Source: a virus. Taken from it: DNA of 64,000 nucleotides. The notes beneath the pieces were generated by a model. The model searched no databases. It was not told the DNA's origin and saw nothing but the letters and a program-made list of their open reading frames with translations. The translations under genes were made by a program, and so were the position numbers. This document shows, in pieces, positions 38,305-47,953 of the stretch; position 1 is the stretch's first letter, and each line of letters starts with the position of its first letter. The stretch is from the UHGV virus genome UHGV-1558314. One strand, 5' to 3'.

Positions 38305-39966
38305 CTAACGACCGTAGCTGTATGCATTTGCTTTATCAGCATTTGCTTTACGTGCATTGTTTCGTTGAGTTTGACTACGAATTGCTTTCTTATTGCCAGA
38401 TGCTGCAAGTGCATCATTGTACTGCTTAACTGCTGCATTGAGCTCGTTCACAAATTGCTGTGTATTGCATTGTTCAAGCAACAGCATGTCAGATGTCAAT
38501 TGCGCTGACTCAGTATTATCATTGAGCTGCTCCAAATCACGACAATTGTAATATGTGGTGACGTCATCATCTGTAATGCTGACACAAGTTGATGCAAATG
38601 CCACTGTAGGCTTAGCAATGTTGCATTCATATTCATAGTATTTGACGTCTTGATAGTCATATCCACCACTCAAGCGCTTAACTTTGACATTATTGCGAAC
38701 TTGTTCTACTTTCTGAATGTTTGCTATCTGTGCAAGCTGTGCATACTTAGACGCATCAATGGTTGCAACTCCAAGTGATTCAGATGCTTTAATGTCTTCA
38801 AGCAATTCATAAATTGCTGCAGCAATGTTTGATTTGATGCCTACATAATTTGCTGTTAGCTGCTGAGGCGTACGAGCTTGTTCAACAATCTTTACATTTT
38901 GACGAAGCTTAGCAAAGTTGTCAGTGCTTGTTAGCAATGCATTGTAGAGCAAAGTGTCATTTGCAGGCTCACCACCGTATTTGGCGCATAATGCATCGTT
39001 GGGCTTGCCAAACACGTCTTCAATACGATTTGCGTAGATACCAGTTGGAATTCGTGCAGCACTTCTGTTTGTCACATAGATTTCATTACCAGATTCATCG
39101 CAAATTGCTAAGTAACTGTTGTCTTCTGTGTATACTCTGCAAGTTTTGCCTTTGATATTTTTGAGCTTATATTTGCGATTGTTACTGTCAAACCATACGC
39201 TGTCGCTTTTAATGACATTGCCATCAGTGTCATAATTTGCAAACCACTGAAAAGTTTTAGAATTGAAACTCTTAGACTGCACTGCATCATTAGGTTCCCA
39301 AGTTGCATTTGGCAGCTGACGAGCATGCGTAGTCAATTCATATCGTCCATCGTCAGCATTCCATGTTTTTGTAATGATATGCGCCTTTGTTTTGTCTGTC
39401 CATACAGTGCAAGTGCCATCAGATGTTCGCTCAGAATACATTTCGCCAATAGGACTGATTTCCCAAAAGATGTCACCAGTTTTGCCAGCAGTCTGTATAA
39501 ACTTGCGATTGTCTTCACCAGTGATTCTATCGATGCGACCAACAAGTTCATATTTGCTTACAGTGTATTCATAGCCATTGTCGTCATATGCAATAGTGTG
39601 TTTGAGTCTGCACTGATATTTGCCATTGTCGGTATACAACTCCTGATAAACTTCACGGCCTTTGCTGTCATATGACCACTTGCCTAACAGTTGACCAAGT
39701 GAATTGTATTCAAGCCAAGTGCCTGACTGCTTGCCATCATTGTCCCAAGTTCGAATCATAGCAAGTTGAGCGTTATCGAACCACTGTTCGTCTTTAATGA
39801 CGACGCCTGCAGCATTCGTAGTAGTTCTACTACGCAAGCATTTGTCTACAAGACTTCCGTCTTTAAGTGTTTGCCAATGCGTCGTCGTGACTTTTTGTGC
39901 GTCTGCGTTTACATGCATAAGCACACTTGCCGCTAATACAAGCAGCAACATTTTTAGTGTTTTCAT
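38305..39966 (-). CDS. Secreted repeat protein with N-terminal signal peptide (553 aa)
   Basis: MKTLKMLLLVLAASVLMHVNADAQ signal-like N-terminus; multiple W/Y-x-x-D/N-G-K repeats resembling MORN/YwqK-type. Confidence 0.45.
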   Translation of the reverse strand: MKTLKMLLLVLAASVLMHVNADAQKVTTTHWQTLKDGSLVDKCLRSRTTTNAAGVVIKDEQWFDNAQLAMIRTWDNDGKQSGTWLEYNSLGQLLGKWSYDSKGREVYQELYTDNGKYQCRLKHTIAYDDNGYEYTVSKYELVGRIDRITGEDNRKFIQTAGKTGDIFWEISPIGEMYSERTSDGTCTVWTDKTKAHIITKTWNADDGRYELTTHARQLPNATWEPNDAVQSKSFNSKTFQWFANYDTDGNVIKSDSVWFDSNNRKYKLKNIKGKTCRVYTEDNSYLAICDESGNEIYVTNRSAARIPTGIYANRIEDVFGKPNDALCAKYGGEPANDTLLYNALLTSTDNFAKLRQNVKIVEQARTPQQLTANYVGIKSNIAAAIYELLEDIKASESLGVATIDASKYAQLAQIANIQKVEQVRNNVKVKRLSGGYDYQDVKYYEYECNIAKPTVAFASTCVSITDDDVTTYYNCRDLEQLNDNTESAQLTSDMLLLEQCNTQQFVNELNAAVKQYNDALAASGNKKAIRSQTQRNNARKANADKANAYSYGR

Positions 39967-40273
39967 TGTTTGTTGTTATTTGAGATGGTTTTGGGCAAGC
40001 TGCAAAGAATGGATTGCATTTGTAGTTGTTCAGTCGCAAATCATCATACTGTGACTTGTCAATGTATTGCACTGTGACTTTGTTAAACGCTAGTTTGACG
40101 CCAAATCGAGCAGCGCATTGGCCATATAACATATAACGATAATTGACGTTCTTACGAGATATGCTGCTGTCCTTATTAAAGGATATTTTTCGTGTGCTTA
40201 TGTATGCAAATGTAACATCGCCGTCAAGACATGTAAACTTGCGTGCATACACATATACTAGAACAGTTTTCAT
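39863..40273 (-). CDS. Cys-rich hypothetical protein
   Basis: Start set to ATG 40271-40273; overlaps start of 38305..39966 by ~100 nt in another frame, so uncertain. Confidence 0.25.
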   Translation of the reverse strand: MKTVLVYVYARKFTCLDGDVTFAYISTRKISFNKDSSISRKNVNYRYMLYGQCAARFGVKLAFNKVTVQYIDKSQYDDLRLNNYKCNPFFAACPKPSQITTNNENTKNVAACISGKCAYACKRRRTKSHDDALANT

Positions 40274-40277
40274 AGCA

Positions 40278-41543
40278 TTACCGATATTTGATGTGCCATG
40301 GCCGCATAAATGCGCATGCATTAATGCAGTTTGCATACACATATCGAAGCATTGCAATTGCATTGCTGACATCACTTACTGCAGCAGGCTCATAATTTGC
40401 ATGGCCGCCAATCTTAGCATTCAAAGCATCACGAGTAATTGGTGCAAGACTCCCATTTCTGAGTTCAGGCCATAACTGTGCTGCAAGTGATGCATTGTTT
40501 ACAATGGCTTGCTTATGAAATATTGCATTTTCTCGTGCGTTCTTTTTGCAATTTGACTGCCATATGCCATACACAAAGTATGGCTGATGCATAACCACAC
40601 AATTGCCAGACAGCTGCAAAATTGCATGCACAAAGTCGATTGCAGTGTCTGCATCAAGACCCTTTGTTTTGCAATCATTGTAATCGATATTGTACAACTT
40701 AAGCCACTCTGCATCGAACATCTCATATGGGTCATTGATGTAAATGTGCTTGAACCATAGCAATTCTGCATCAGAAGACATCACTGCAATGTCTACTTGT
40801 GCAATACGCTGCCAGTTGTCATCAAATATGCTGCTTGGGATGCTGTCATGCTTTACGCCACTGTAGCATGTCATTGCTGCAGTGCAATGCAGCATAGGCC
40901 AAACTTGAAGTCGCTTGCAGCATTCTGCAAAAACATCTGCGCATGCATTGACATCAGCAAGGGCGTCATGAGCAGATTCAAAGTCATGACCGAACAAACC
41001 TCGATATGCATCGACAAGTTTTGCAGACCCATTGCTCAAATGCTTTGCAAAGCCTTTGTACAGAAACTTTGTGTCAATGACGGGATATTGAGTCATGAAG
41101 TTTGCAGTTTTGCAACGCTGACATTCATAATCGAGAATCGTCAAGTCATATGGTGCGTTGTGTGCAATAAGATGCGTTACACCAAAACGCTCCAAGTCAA
41201 GTCTGAACTGGTCAAGCACTTTTTGCATTGGCTCTCCATGTTCATACAACTGCGCCATAGTATGACCATGCACAGCAAGAGCTTCTGCTGGCATATCATC
41301 AAAACTGCTGTTGAATCTGCCAAGTGGCATTACAAGCATGTTGTTTCGATGCAGTTCTATAATGTTGCCCGCATAGTCAAGTCTGAAGATTTTGTATGCA
41401 AGCTGAACTACAAATGACATCTCTTGCAAATCAATGACATCTTGCTTATGCCAGTAATCGACTGCTAACCCTGTTGACTCTACATCAAACGCTGCGCATA
41501 CAAGCTCTGTGATATGCTCTTTGCTTTTATTGATATGTTCCAT
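40278..41543 (-). CDS. DnaQ-like (DEDDh) 3'-5' exonuclease with ~200-aa C-terminal extension
   Basis: Exo motifs AAFDVESTG, HNAPYDL, HDALADV. Confidence 0.6.
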   Translation of the reverse strand: MEHINKSKEHITELVCAAFDVESTGLAVDYWHKQDVIDLQEMSFVVQLAYKIFRLDYAGNIIELHRNNMLVMPLGRFNSSFDDMPAEALAVHGHTMAQLYEHGEPMQKVLDQFRLDLERFGVTHLIAHNAPYDLTILDYECQRCKTANFMTQYPVIDTKFLYKGFAKHLSNGSAKLVDAYRGLFGHDFESAHDALADVNACADVFAECCKRLQVWPMLHCTAAMTCYSGVKHDSIPSSIFDDNWQRIAQVDIAVMSSDAELLWFKHIYINDPYEMFDAEWLKLYNIDYNDCKTKGLDADTAIDFVHAILQLSGNCVVMHQPYFVYGIWQSNCKKNARENAIFHKQAIVNNASLAAQLWPELRNGSLAPITRDALNAKIGGHANYEPAAVSDVSNAIAMLRYVYANCINACAFMRPWHIKYR

Positions 41544-41545
41544 GC

Positions 41546-42178
41546 TTATAAGAATTTTTCTGCAATCAAGCCAGGTGTAAAATCAGGATGGAACTGCAGA
41601 GGCCCATTATCAATGACATTGATTTCGAGATGATTGCCATCGATGTCTATGACAGACGCTTTGTCAAAGCCTACAGGGCTATTGTAGATGTACGCATTGC
41701 CAGATTTGTCAATGACAATATCACCATGAACAAAGTATTCACGCTCAGTTACAGCAAAGCCTCCGCAAGTTGCAGTGTTGTCTGACTCTTGTTTGACATC
41801 GTAGTCAGCTTTCAATGCTTGTGCAAGCGTAATGACATCTTTGCTGTACTTTCTGCGGCCAATAGGCGTGTCAATCATATTGATGAGCGACGTAATTTTG
41901 TCTTGCGGCGACATGTTCATAGCAGCATATTGCAATGCTGACATACAATGTAGCAATTCGCATGTATCAGTTGTAATACGACAAATCTGACAAACGTCAC
42001 CAATTGCAATGTCATCAATGTTGTCGCATTTTATTGATGTCACCAATAACTTTACGTTGTCATGCATGCACGATACTACAATAGAACTGATGCTGTTATC
42101 ATAATAACGTTCAATTTTTGTCACGGTTGCAATGCGGTAATTGCTGCGCTCTATCATGCGATAATTTGTTTTATTCAT
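41546..42178 (-). CDS. Hypothetical protein
   Basis: Start set to ATG 42176-42178, overlapping upstream stop by 8 nt. Confidence 0.3.
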   Translation of the reverse strand: MNKTNYRMIERSNYRIATVTKIERYYDNSISSIVVSCMHDNVKLLVTSIKCDNIDDIAIGDVCQICRITTDTCELLHCMSALQYAAMNMSPQDKITSLINMIDTPIGRRKYSKDVITLAQALKADYDVKQESDNTATCGGFAVTEREYFVHGDIVIDKSGNAYIYNSPVGFDKASVIDIDGNHLEINVIDNGPLQFHPDFTPGLIAEKFL

Positions 42179-42392
42179 ATGTGTAAGTGTGAAGTTGTTC
42201 AAAAAGGTCTTCAATTGAGTTTGTTTCAAATGCAAACTCATCTTTTGATATGCAAGTGACCATATAAATGCCATCAATATTTACAATGCGGCAATCATGG
42301 CCATCTGGGCTGAACTTCTTGTCTTTGTACAGAATTTCAGCCATGATGAGTCGTTGGTTAAGCGTAAGTGGATTGCTATAGAATCGTTTCAT
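42171..42392 (-). CDS. Hypothetical small protein (73 aa)
   Basis: ATG start verified. Confidence 0.3.
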   Translation of the reverse strand: MKRFYSNPLTLNQRLIMAEILYKDKKFSPDGHDCRIVNIDGIYMVTCISKDEFAFETNSIEDLFEQLHTYTYE

Positions 42393-42396
42393 ATCA

Positions 42397-42618
42397 TTAA
42401 GCTTCTTTGAAATTCAAGCAATTATTGAACCAGAGTTCTTCTGCAATCGTAAGCTCCAGTTCAGAGCAGTTATTCTTAATGAAGTCAGTCGGGTCATAAT
42501 TGAAATACACATATTCACCTGAATAGTGAAAAGGCTGTTCCATAGCAATCAATGCGAACATTAAACTGTCGATGTCCCTTTTATTGCCATATGCTACGTA
42601 AACTTTAATCTGTTTCAT
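42397..42618 (-). CDS. Hypothetical small protein (73 aa)
   Basis: ATG start verified; preceded by promoter-box variant. Confidence 0.3.
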   Translation of the reverse strand: MKQIKVYVAYGNKRDIDSLMFALIAMEQPFHYSGEYVYFNYDPTDFIKNNCSELELTIAEELWFNNCLNFKEA

Positions 42619-42636
42619 TGTTGTAGAGGTTTTATA

Positions 42637-42660
42637 TTATATATTGATATATTACAACAT
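42637..42660 (-). promoter_or_regulatory. Promoter-box variant (TTACAACA)
   Basis: tatatattgatatattacaacat immediately upstream of ATG 42618. Confidence 0.3.
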
Positions 42661-42763
42661 TTGTTGTCAATTTGCACAATTGTTGTTAACAAAATGCATT
42701 ACATTGACAAAAAAATAAAGGCTCAGTTTGTATAACTGAGCCTCTTGAAATGACACGAACTTA

Positions 42764-43822
42764 TTACTGCTTCAAGCCTGTGAACAGTTCATACTTGAAT
42801 GCAGGCCCTGCTGTGTAAGCCTCAAAGTAGAAGTCACCAATATTGATGCTTGCAATAGCGTCATCGACAGCTTTCTTGTAGCCTACACGTTCAATTGTCT
42901 GCTTATCGCATTTACGCCAATATGTGCTGTGCATCATAAGCGTGGGTGATGCAGCATAGTCTACTGCAAGCTGTTGTTTTGCAGTGTCAATGTGATGTTC
43001 ATAGATGTGCACATCATTGCCAGTCCAAATGAACTCTCTTGCCGCACAGTTAGTCAATGTTGCAACAATATGTGTAAGCAATGCATATGATGCGATATTG
43101 ATGGGCACACCAAGACACATGTCACAACTACGCTGAGTAAGCGCACAGTCAAGCCACATGCTTGGTACTTGAGCAGAATCAAGGCATTCTGCAGAACAAT
43201 CATGCACAAGCATGCTATCATTAGCAATCTGAATTCGTTCTTCAAGAGTCATTGGCTGACAATTGAACTGAAACAGCATATGACATGGCGGCAATGCCAT
43301 CTGAGACATTTGTGCAGGATTCCATGCAGACACGACTTTGTAGCGGCCAGTTGGATTGATGACAATGTCTTTAATGCAAGTTGCAAGTTGGTCATATCCA
43401 CTGTCATTGAAGTTGCGCCACTGATACCCATAGATAGGTCCGCAATCACCATACTCAGGCTTGCTGAATTTTGTGTTATGCAGTTCTGTGCACCAAGTTT
43501 CAAAGTCGACATCTTCACCTGGATGCAGTTTACGCCAATGACGATATGCATCCTGATGCCAGAACTTTGTAATACCAAGCGTGTCAAGCGTTTTTACATT
43601 TGTATCACCTGACATAAACCACAGAAGTTCTCCAATGACACCCTTGACAAACATTCTCTTGGATGTCAACAGTGGAAAGCCTTTACGCAAATCAAATCGC
43701 ATTGATTCTACAAACAATGACTTTGTGCGAGGCATGTTTTCACGAGCAGGCTCCTTAAATCTGCCATGTTCAATAACATTGTTAAGTACTCTCAAGTACT
43801 CAGTGTCGTGTTTGATATTCAT
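42764..43822 (-). CDS. thyA: Thymidylate synthase (ThyA family, canonical dUMP-type)
   Basis: ELLWFMSGDTN, LPPCHMLFQF (catalytic Cys), GVPINIASYALL with Asn at the base-specifying position. Confidence 0.75.
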   Translation of the reverse strand: MNIKHDTEYLRVLNNVIEHGRFKEPARENMPRTKSLFVESMRFDLRKGFPLLTSKRMFVKGVIGELLWFMSGDTNVKTLDTLGITKFWHQDAYRHWRKLHPGEDVDFETWCTELHNTKFSKPEYGDCGPIYGYQWRNFNDSGYDQLATCIKDIVINPTGRYKVVSAWNPAQMSQMALPPCHMLFQFNCQPMTLEERIQIANDSMLVHDCSAECLDSAQVPSMWLDCALTQRSCDMCLGVPINIASYALLTHIVATLTNCAAREFIWTGNDVHIYEHHIDTAKQQLAVDYAASPTLMMHSTYWRKCDKQTIERVGYKKAVDDAIASINIGDFYFEAYTAGPAFKYELFTGLKQ

Positions 43823-44444
43823 GAATGGGATGTTTATGAGTGTCTAATGATATGTCTGAGAATTCATATGCATACTTTGATATTGCAACACCATTTGCAT
43901 CTTCAAATGCTTCTGTAAAGTTGCTATCAATCCATCGTTTGACAGACTTAACTCCGCCTAAATGACATGCTGCAAGCAATGACGCTTCGGTTATTGTAAA
44001 TGTGTTATCATTGTATGTCGCTTTACGCCCAATTGCGTCATAACAACCGTAGTGCTGCAGCAATTCTTGTTGACGTTCAAGTAGCATATGCTGCACCGCA
44101 ATCTGCTTTGTAGAATCTTTAGCAATTTCTTGCAGTGAACAAGTCAATCCTTTGTATCGTACCAAGTCATCATGAGCAATCTTTGTTAGCTGCCATCGAC
44201 CTGTTGCGCCAAATCGATTTGTGATATGCCAACGATTGCGAGATTCAAGATAGCCCAGCTTATCTAAGTATTCTGCAAAGCTGCAAGTTTCTGGTTCAGT
44301 GACGTCTAACAAGACGTGCACATTTGACAAATTTGCGACTGGCGCATATGTGACATGTTTTGTTGCAGTGCAATCACATAATGTCGGCCATGCAATGATA
44401 AAAGCAACACCAATTTTGATGAGCGATTCACATAATCTTATCAT
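43800..44444 (-). CDS. Lytic transglycosylase (SLT-domain)-like protein with N-terminal hydrophobic segment; candidate endolysin
   Basis: YLESRNRW...GATGRWQL resembles SLT ES...GAxGLMQ; N-terminal SLIKIGVAFIIAWPTL may be a membrane anchor. Track start is TTG; ATG 44442-44444 used. Confidence 0.35.
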   Translation of the reverse strand: MIRLCESLIKIGVAFIIAWPTLCDCTATKHVTYAPVANLSNVHVLLDVTEPETCSFAEYLDKLGYLESRNRWHITNRFGATGRWQLTKIAHDDLVRYKGLTCSLQEIAKDSTKQIAVQHMLLERQQELLQHYGCYDAIGRKATYNDNTFTITEASLLAACHLGGVKSVKRWIDSNFTEAFEDANGVAISKYAYEFSDISLDTHKHPIHEYQTRH

Positions 44445-44488
44445 TTGTTTGAAATTAGTGAAGAGCACTTGCAGGCAGCTCAATCTCC

Positions 44489-44504
44489 TGACAGTACACT
44501 GTCA
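44489..44504. promoter_or_regulatory. Perfect inverted repeat TGACAGT-AC-ACTGTCA
   Basis: Between helicase stop (44510) and SLT-like gene start. Confidence 0.3.
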
Positions 44505-44509
44505 TGCAA

Positions 44510-46387
44510 TCAAAAGCCTGCAAAGAAATCAGCATCAGCAGCATCTTGCTGCGATGTTGACTCTTGTTCAATCACAAATCGACTGTGCAACTTTTGATTA
44601 TGTTTTATGTATGGCATAATGCGCCGGATTGATTCATCAATGACAAACGTTTCACACCAGTCATTTGCATGTCGAATGCCTCGACCAACTGACTGTACGA
44701 AGCTTTGATAGCACTTATTGCGATACCAGCTTTCGTGATTTGCAGCTTTTGTTTTGACTACGATATCACCAAGTGATTGCCAAGGTAATTTTGCAACAAT
44801 TTGACATCTACAACGATTGTCTGGTAAGTCAACGCCTTCAGTAATGCTAAAGCCTACAAGTACGTAGTTAGTGCCATCAGCAAGCATTGCAAGTTTGTTT
44901 TGTTTATCTTCAGCATTGACATATGTCAGCATTCTGCGTTTGTGCTTGCTGTTATTGATGATATAGTTTGCAATGTCTCGTGTTGATGTGTGTATGATAC
45001 AGTTGCAGTCATGCGTGTCAAGAATGCTGTCAATCTTCTCAACAAGTCGAGGCATATTTGCCGCTTTATTCTTGTAGCTCAATGACAACGCAGGCCTGCA
45101 CAGTACAATGGGGGATTTGCTAAAATCCCAATCAGGCTCCATGTAGAATGCTACATAGTTTTTGATGCCATTGAGTGCAGCAAATGTGTCGATGTCACCA
45201 ATTGTCGCTGACATCCACAATTGTGCGTGTGTAGCATCACTGTGATGCACCAGCGTATTTGCAAGAAGCTCATCATTGACACATTTGAATTGCAAGCTGT
45301 TTGTTGCAGCGTCAAGTACTACAAGCATGTCACCAGGTGATTGTTCAGTTGCATCAAGCATTGTAATGATTGAATATGACAACGTATCACAGCTGGCAAC
45401 AAAGCGAATGAACGCTTTCTCAAATTGACCAAGTATTTTACCAGAATCCTGAAGTTCACTTAGCTTGTCATATGCAGTATGCAAAAAGTCTACAAGTTCT
45501 GACAACTGCTGTGCAAGCACTCTTGCTTCTGCTCGCATTGTTGCAATGTCATATTGTGTTGTTGCAAGCTTAATGATTGCTTTGACTTGTGCAAACACAT
45601 TATTGCGAAGTTCTACATATTTATTCTGATTTTCAAGAGTCATGATACCTGCAATCAGTGACTCGGCCTTTGTGCAATTCTGAATGAATCGAGGACCAAT
45701 TGACGTGTAAAGAAAGCCTGACAAAATGTCATCAATCTTATGGCACTCATCGAATATTGTCAATTCACGAGGCCCAAATAAGTTTTTGACGCAATTGACT
45801 TGTATCAACCAGTATGCATAATTGAGCACAGTGCAATTTGCTGCTGCAGCCTTTTGACGAGTCTGCAAATATGCGCATTTAGGTCCGCATGGCAATGCAA
45901 GAGCTTTCTTTGATGACAGCCCGTCTTGCTGGCATTTGCCCATACTGAATGGCAGCCCATTGACATGACAAATGTAGTTGTCTCGACCTTTGAGCATTAC
46001 ACAACTTCTGAATGCTGAAGTAGTTGTATCTGCTTTAGCATTGTTGTCGTACAAATATTGCTGAATGAACTTGTCGTACTGGTCTTGCAGCAGTTTATCA
46101 GAAGTCAGTACATACGACTTAAAGAACGTTGCACAAAACATTGCAACCACAGATTTCCCCGTTCCAGTCGCGCCCTGCAACACAACATTTTGCCCATTTG
46201 CAATGCAACGAATGATGTCAATAATTAGTTGACGTTGAGTTGCGTCAAAACGTGCTTGGTCCCATTTGCATGTCTTTGATTGTGCAAGATATGCTGAGAA
46301 TTTGTCGATATGTGCTACAATGAGCTCATCAAGCTCTTGCTGAGACTGTTCTTCTGTCTTATGTTCTGTTGGTGTTAGTCTACCCAT
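44510..46387 (-). CDS. DinG/XPD-family Fe-S helicase
   Basis: Walker A GATGTGKS, DECH box FDECHKID, four-Cys cluster between them, C-terminal VGRGIRHANDWCETFVIDE. Confidence 0.65.
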   Translation of the reverse strand: MGRLTPTEHKTEEQSQQELDELIVAHIDKFSAYLAQSKTCKWDQARFDATQRQLIIDIIRCIANGQNVVLQGATGTGKSVVAMFCATFFKSYVLTSDKLLQDQYDKFIQQYLYDNNAKADTTTSAFRSCVMLKGRDNYICHVNGLPFSMGKCQQDGLSSKKALALPCGPKCAYLQTRQKAAAANCTVLNYAYWLIQVNCVKNLFGPRELTIFDECHKIDDILSGFLYTSIGPRFIQNCTKAESLIAGIMTLENQNKYVELRNNVFAQVKAIIKLATTQYDIATMRAEARVLAQQLSELVDFLHTAYDKLSELQDSGKILGQFEKAFIRFVASCDTLSYSIITMLDATEQSPGDMLVVLDAATNSLQFKCVNDELLANTLVHHSDATHAQLWMSATIGDIDTFAALNGIKNYVAFYMEPDWDFSKSPIVLCRPALSLSYKNKAANMPRLVEKIDSILDTHDCNCIIHTSTRDIANYIINNSKHKRRMLTYVNAEDKQNKLAMLADGTNYVLVGFSITEGVDLPDNRCRCQIVAKLPWQSLGDIVVKTKAANHESWYRNKCYQSFVQSVGRGIRHANDWCETFVIDESIRRIMPYIKHNQKLHSRFVIEQESTSQQDAADADFFAGF

Positions 46388-46388
46388 T

Positions 46389-46422
46389 CTAAATGAGATT
46401 TAGATTATGTTCGAATATATGA
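46389..46422 (-). promoter_or_regulatory. Conserved 5' leader hairpin plus shared 16-mer upstream of helicase gene
   Basis: Inverted repeat TCTAAAT-gag-ATTTAGA abuts the ATG, identical to the leader of 49413..53339; tatgttcgaatatatg also occurs at 29648-29663. Confidence 0.4.
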
Positions 46423-46631
46423 GAACATATATTATTTGTAAAGATATAATACTACAAACAGCACACATTTGCACTTTGACATAACTGATTGAGTATCAAT
46501 CAATTATGAGTTTATAAAAGTTTTTCAAAAGTAGGGTGTTGTTGTTTGAGTAGAGTGTTGTTAATGCTGTCAGCTGTCTTGTTAGCATTATCGATTGCTT
46601 GCAAACTATCAGCCGTCATAGAACATCACAA

Positions 46632-46665
46632 AAGCAAGCAGACTACAATTGCAGTCTGCTTGCTT
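46632..46665 (-). terminator. Palindromic terminator-like element, copy 1
   Basis: aagcaagcagact acaattgc agtctgcttgctt; 27/28 identical to element at 62977-63004. Confidence 0.45.
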
Positions 46666-46687
46666 TGACATATGTGTAGCATATAGC

Positions 46688-47044
46688 TTATTTGCACATA
46701 AACAATGCAGCAAACCAATTCACTGGCTTGTCAATAAGCTGCTTCCACATAGTCCAATTGTACATGCCATGTGCAAACATTGTAAGAGCAAACAGCAGCA
46801 TACACATTGATACAAGCCAATCAGCAAATGGCATATTGCCCCATCGAATGTACTCGAAAATGCCAACTTTAACAAGCTGAGCAAACAAAATGAGCATTAC
46901 AGCCATTGCAAGTCGCGTCCAGACTACATATTGCTGAGTCTTATCTACAAACTTTGCAATCAATGCTGGCACAAAGTACATAATGTATGCAAACAGCAGC
47001 AAGCAAAAGCCTGCATACAGCAGATTAGAAATAAAAGCTCCCAT
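46688..47044 (-). CDS. Multi-pass membrane protein (118 aa)
   Basis: Four hydrophobic segments. Confidence 0.4.
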   Translation of the reverse strand: MGAFISNLLYAGFCLLLFAYIMYFVPALIAKFVDKTQQYVVWTRLAMAVMLILFAQLVKVGIFEYIRWGNMPFADWLVSMCMLLFALTMFAHGMYNWTMWKQLIDKPVNWFAALFMCK

Positions 47045-47047
47045 ATT

Positions 47048-47929
47048 CTATCGTTTGAATTTGATGAAGTGTTCAGCATCGAGGCCCTCAAATACATACG
47101 GGTCAAGAGTTTCCCAGAAGTTTGAGTATGTCGTTGTCTTTGCAATGCTTGTTTGCTTTGACAAGTTCATATTTGGGTAGCCAAGCATTGCATAGTGTCG
47201 CTCATATATGTGCATTGACGTCGCATTATGCACATATGCGCCAAGCTTAAGACCAAGTTCATTTGCGACAAGTTCTTGCAACAAAGTGAATGCAAACTGG
47301 TCGTTGCAAAAGCCCCAAATGACATCATTGCTTCGCATGTATGTTGTCAAGTACAGCTTATCACCACGAACATTGAAAACAAGATTCAATGTGCATGGCA
47401 TGTCTTTGCCAGTGTAGTTTGCATATTGCGGCTCATAAATGCTAATAACTGCTCGTCTTGTGCATTCATGATTTCGCAAACGTTCAATGACATCTGCAAT
47501 CTGCTTGTGCCAAATTGCGCCATACTGTGAATTGACATTGACACCATCGTCGCTGAATTGCTTCCAACGAGGCAAATAACGTTCAATGCATTCAACTGCA
47601 GGATTGGCTGTCATGTACCACGCAAATTCTGCAGCAGCATTGAGCTTTTTCCATGGTCGTACGTCAATCTTGATTTGCCGCTGTGAAGGGTCCTGAATAA
47701 CTACAGACACATTCAGCAATTCTTTTGTTCGAGTCACTGTTTGTGCATTGTTGCCCTTTGATTCTACAAACTCACCTCTACAATGAAGTTCATACAAAAT
47801 TGAGCGAAATGCTTCTGTTGCAGTGTTTTCAATGATTGTCGTCTGTTGATAACATAAATTTGACGACAATGCTTCAGCATCATTGTACTTTATGCTGTCA
47901 TTGTCATAAGGTGAATTTTTTGTGTGCAT
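47048..47929 (-). CDS. Deoxycytidylate hydroxymethylase-like protein (ThyA-family paralog)
   Basis: RRAVISIY, PCTLNLVF (catalytic Cys), MRSNDVIWGFCNDQFAF with Asp at the base-specifying position, MHIYERH; closely resembles recalled T4 gp42 (MRSNDVVFGFRNDYAW, LHVYSRH). Confidence 0.55.
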   Translation of the reverse strand: MHTKNSPYDNDSIKYNDAEALSSNLCYQQTTIIENTATEAFRSILYELHCRGEFVESKGNNAQTVTRTKELLNVSVVIQDPSQRQIKIDVRPWKKLNAAAEFAWYMTANPAVECIERYLPRWKQFSDDGVNVNSQYGAIWHKQIADVIERLRNHECTRRAVISIYEPQYANYTGKDMPCTLNLVFNVRGDKLYLTTYMRSNDVIWGFCNDQFAFTLLQELVANELGLKLGAYVHNATSMHIYERHYAMLGYPNMNLSKQTSIAKTTTYSNFWETLDPYVFEGLDAEHFIKFKR

Positions 47930-47953
47930 ATTTTGGGATGTTTGTTTTTGTTA

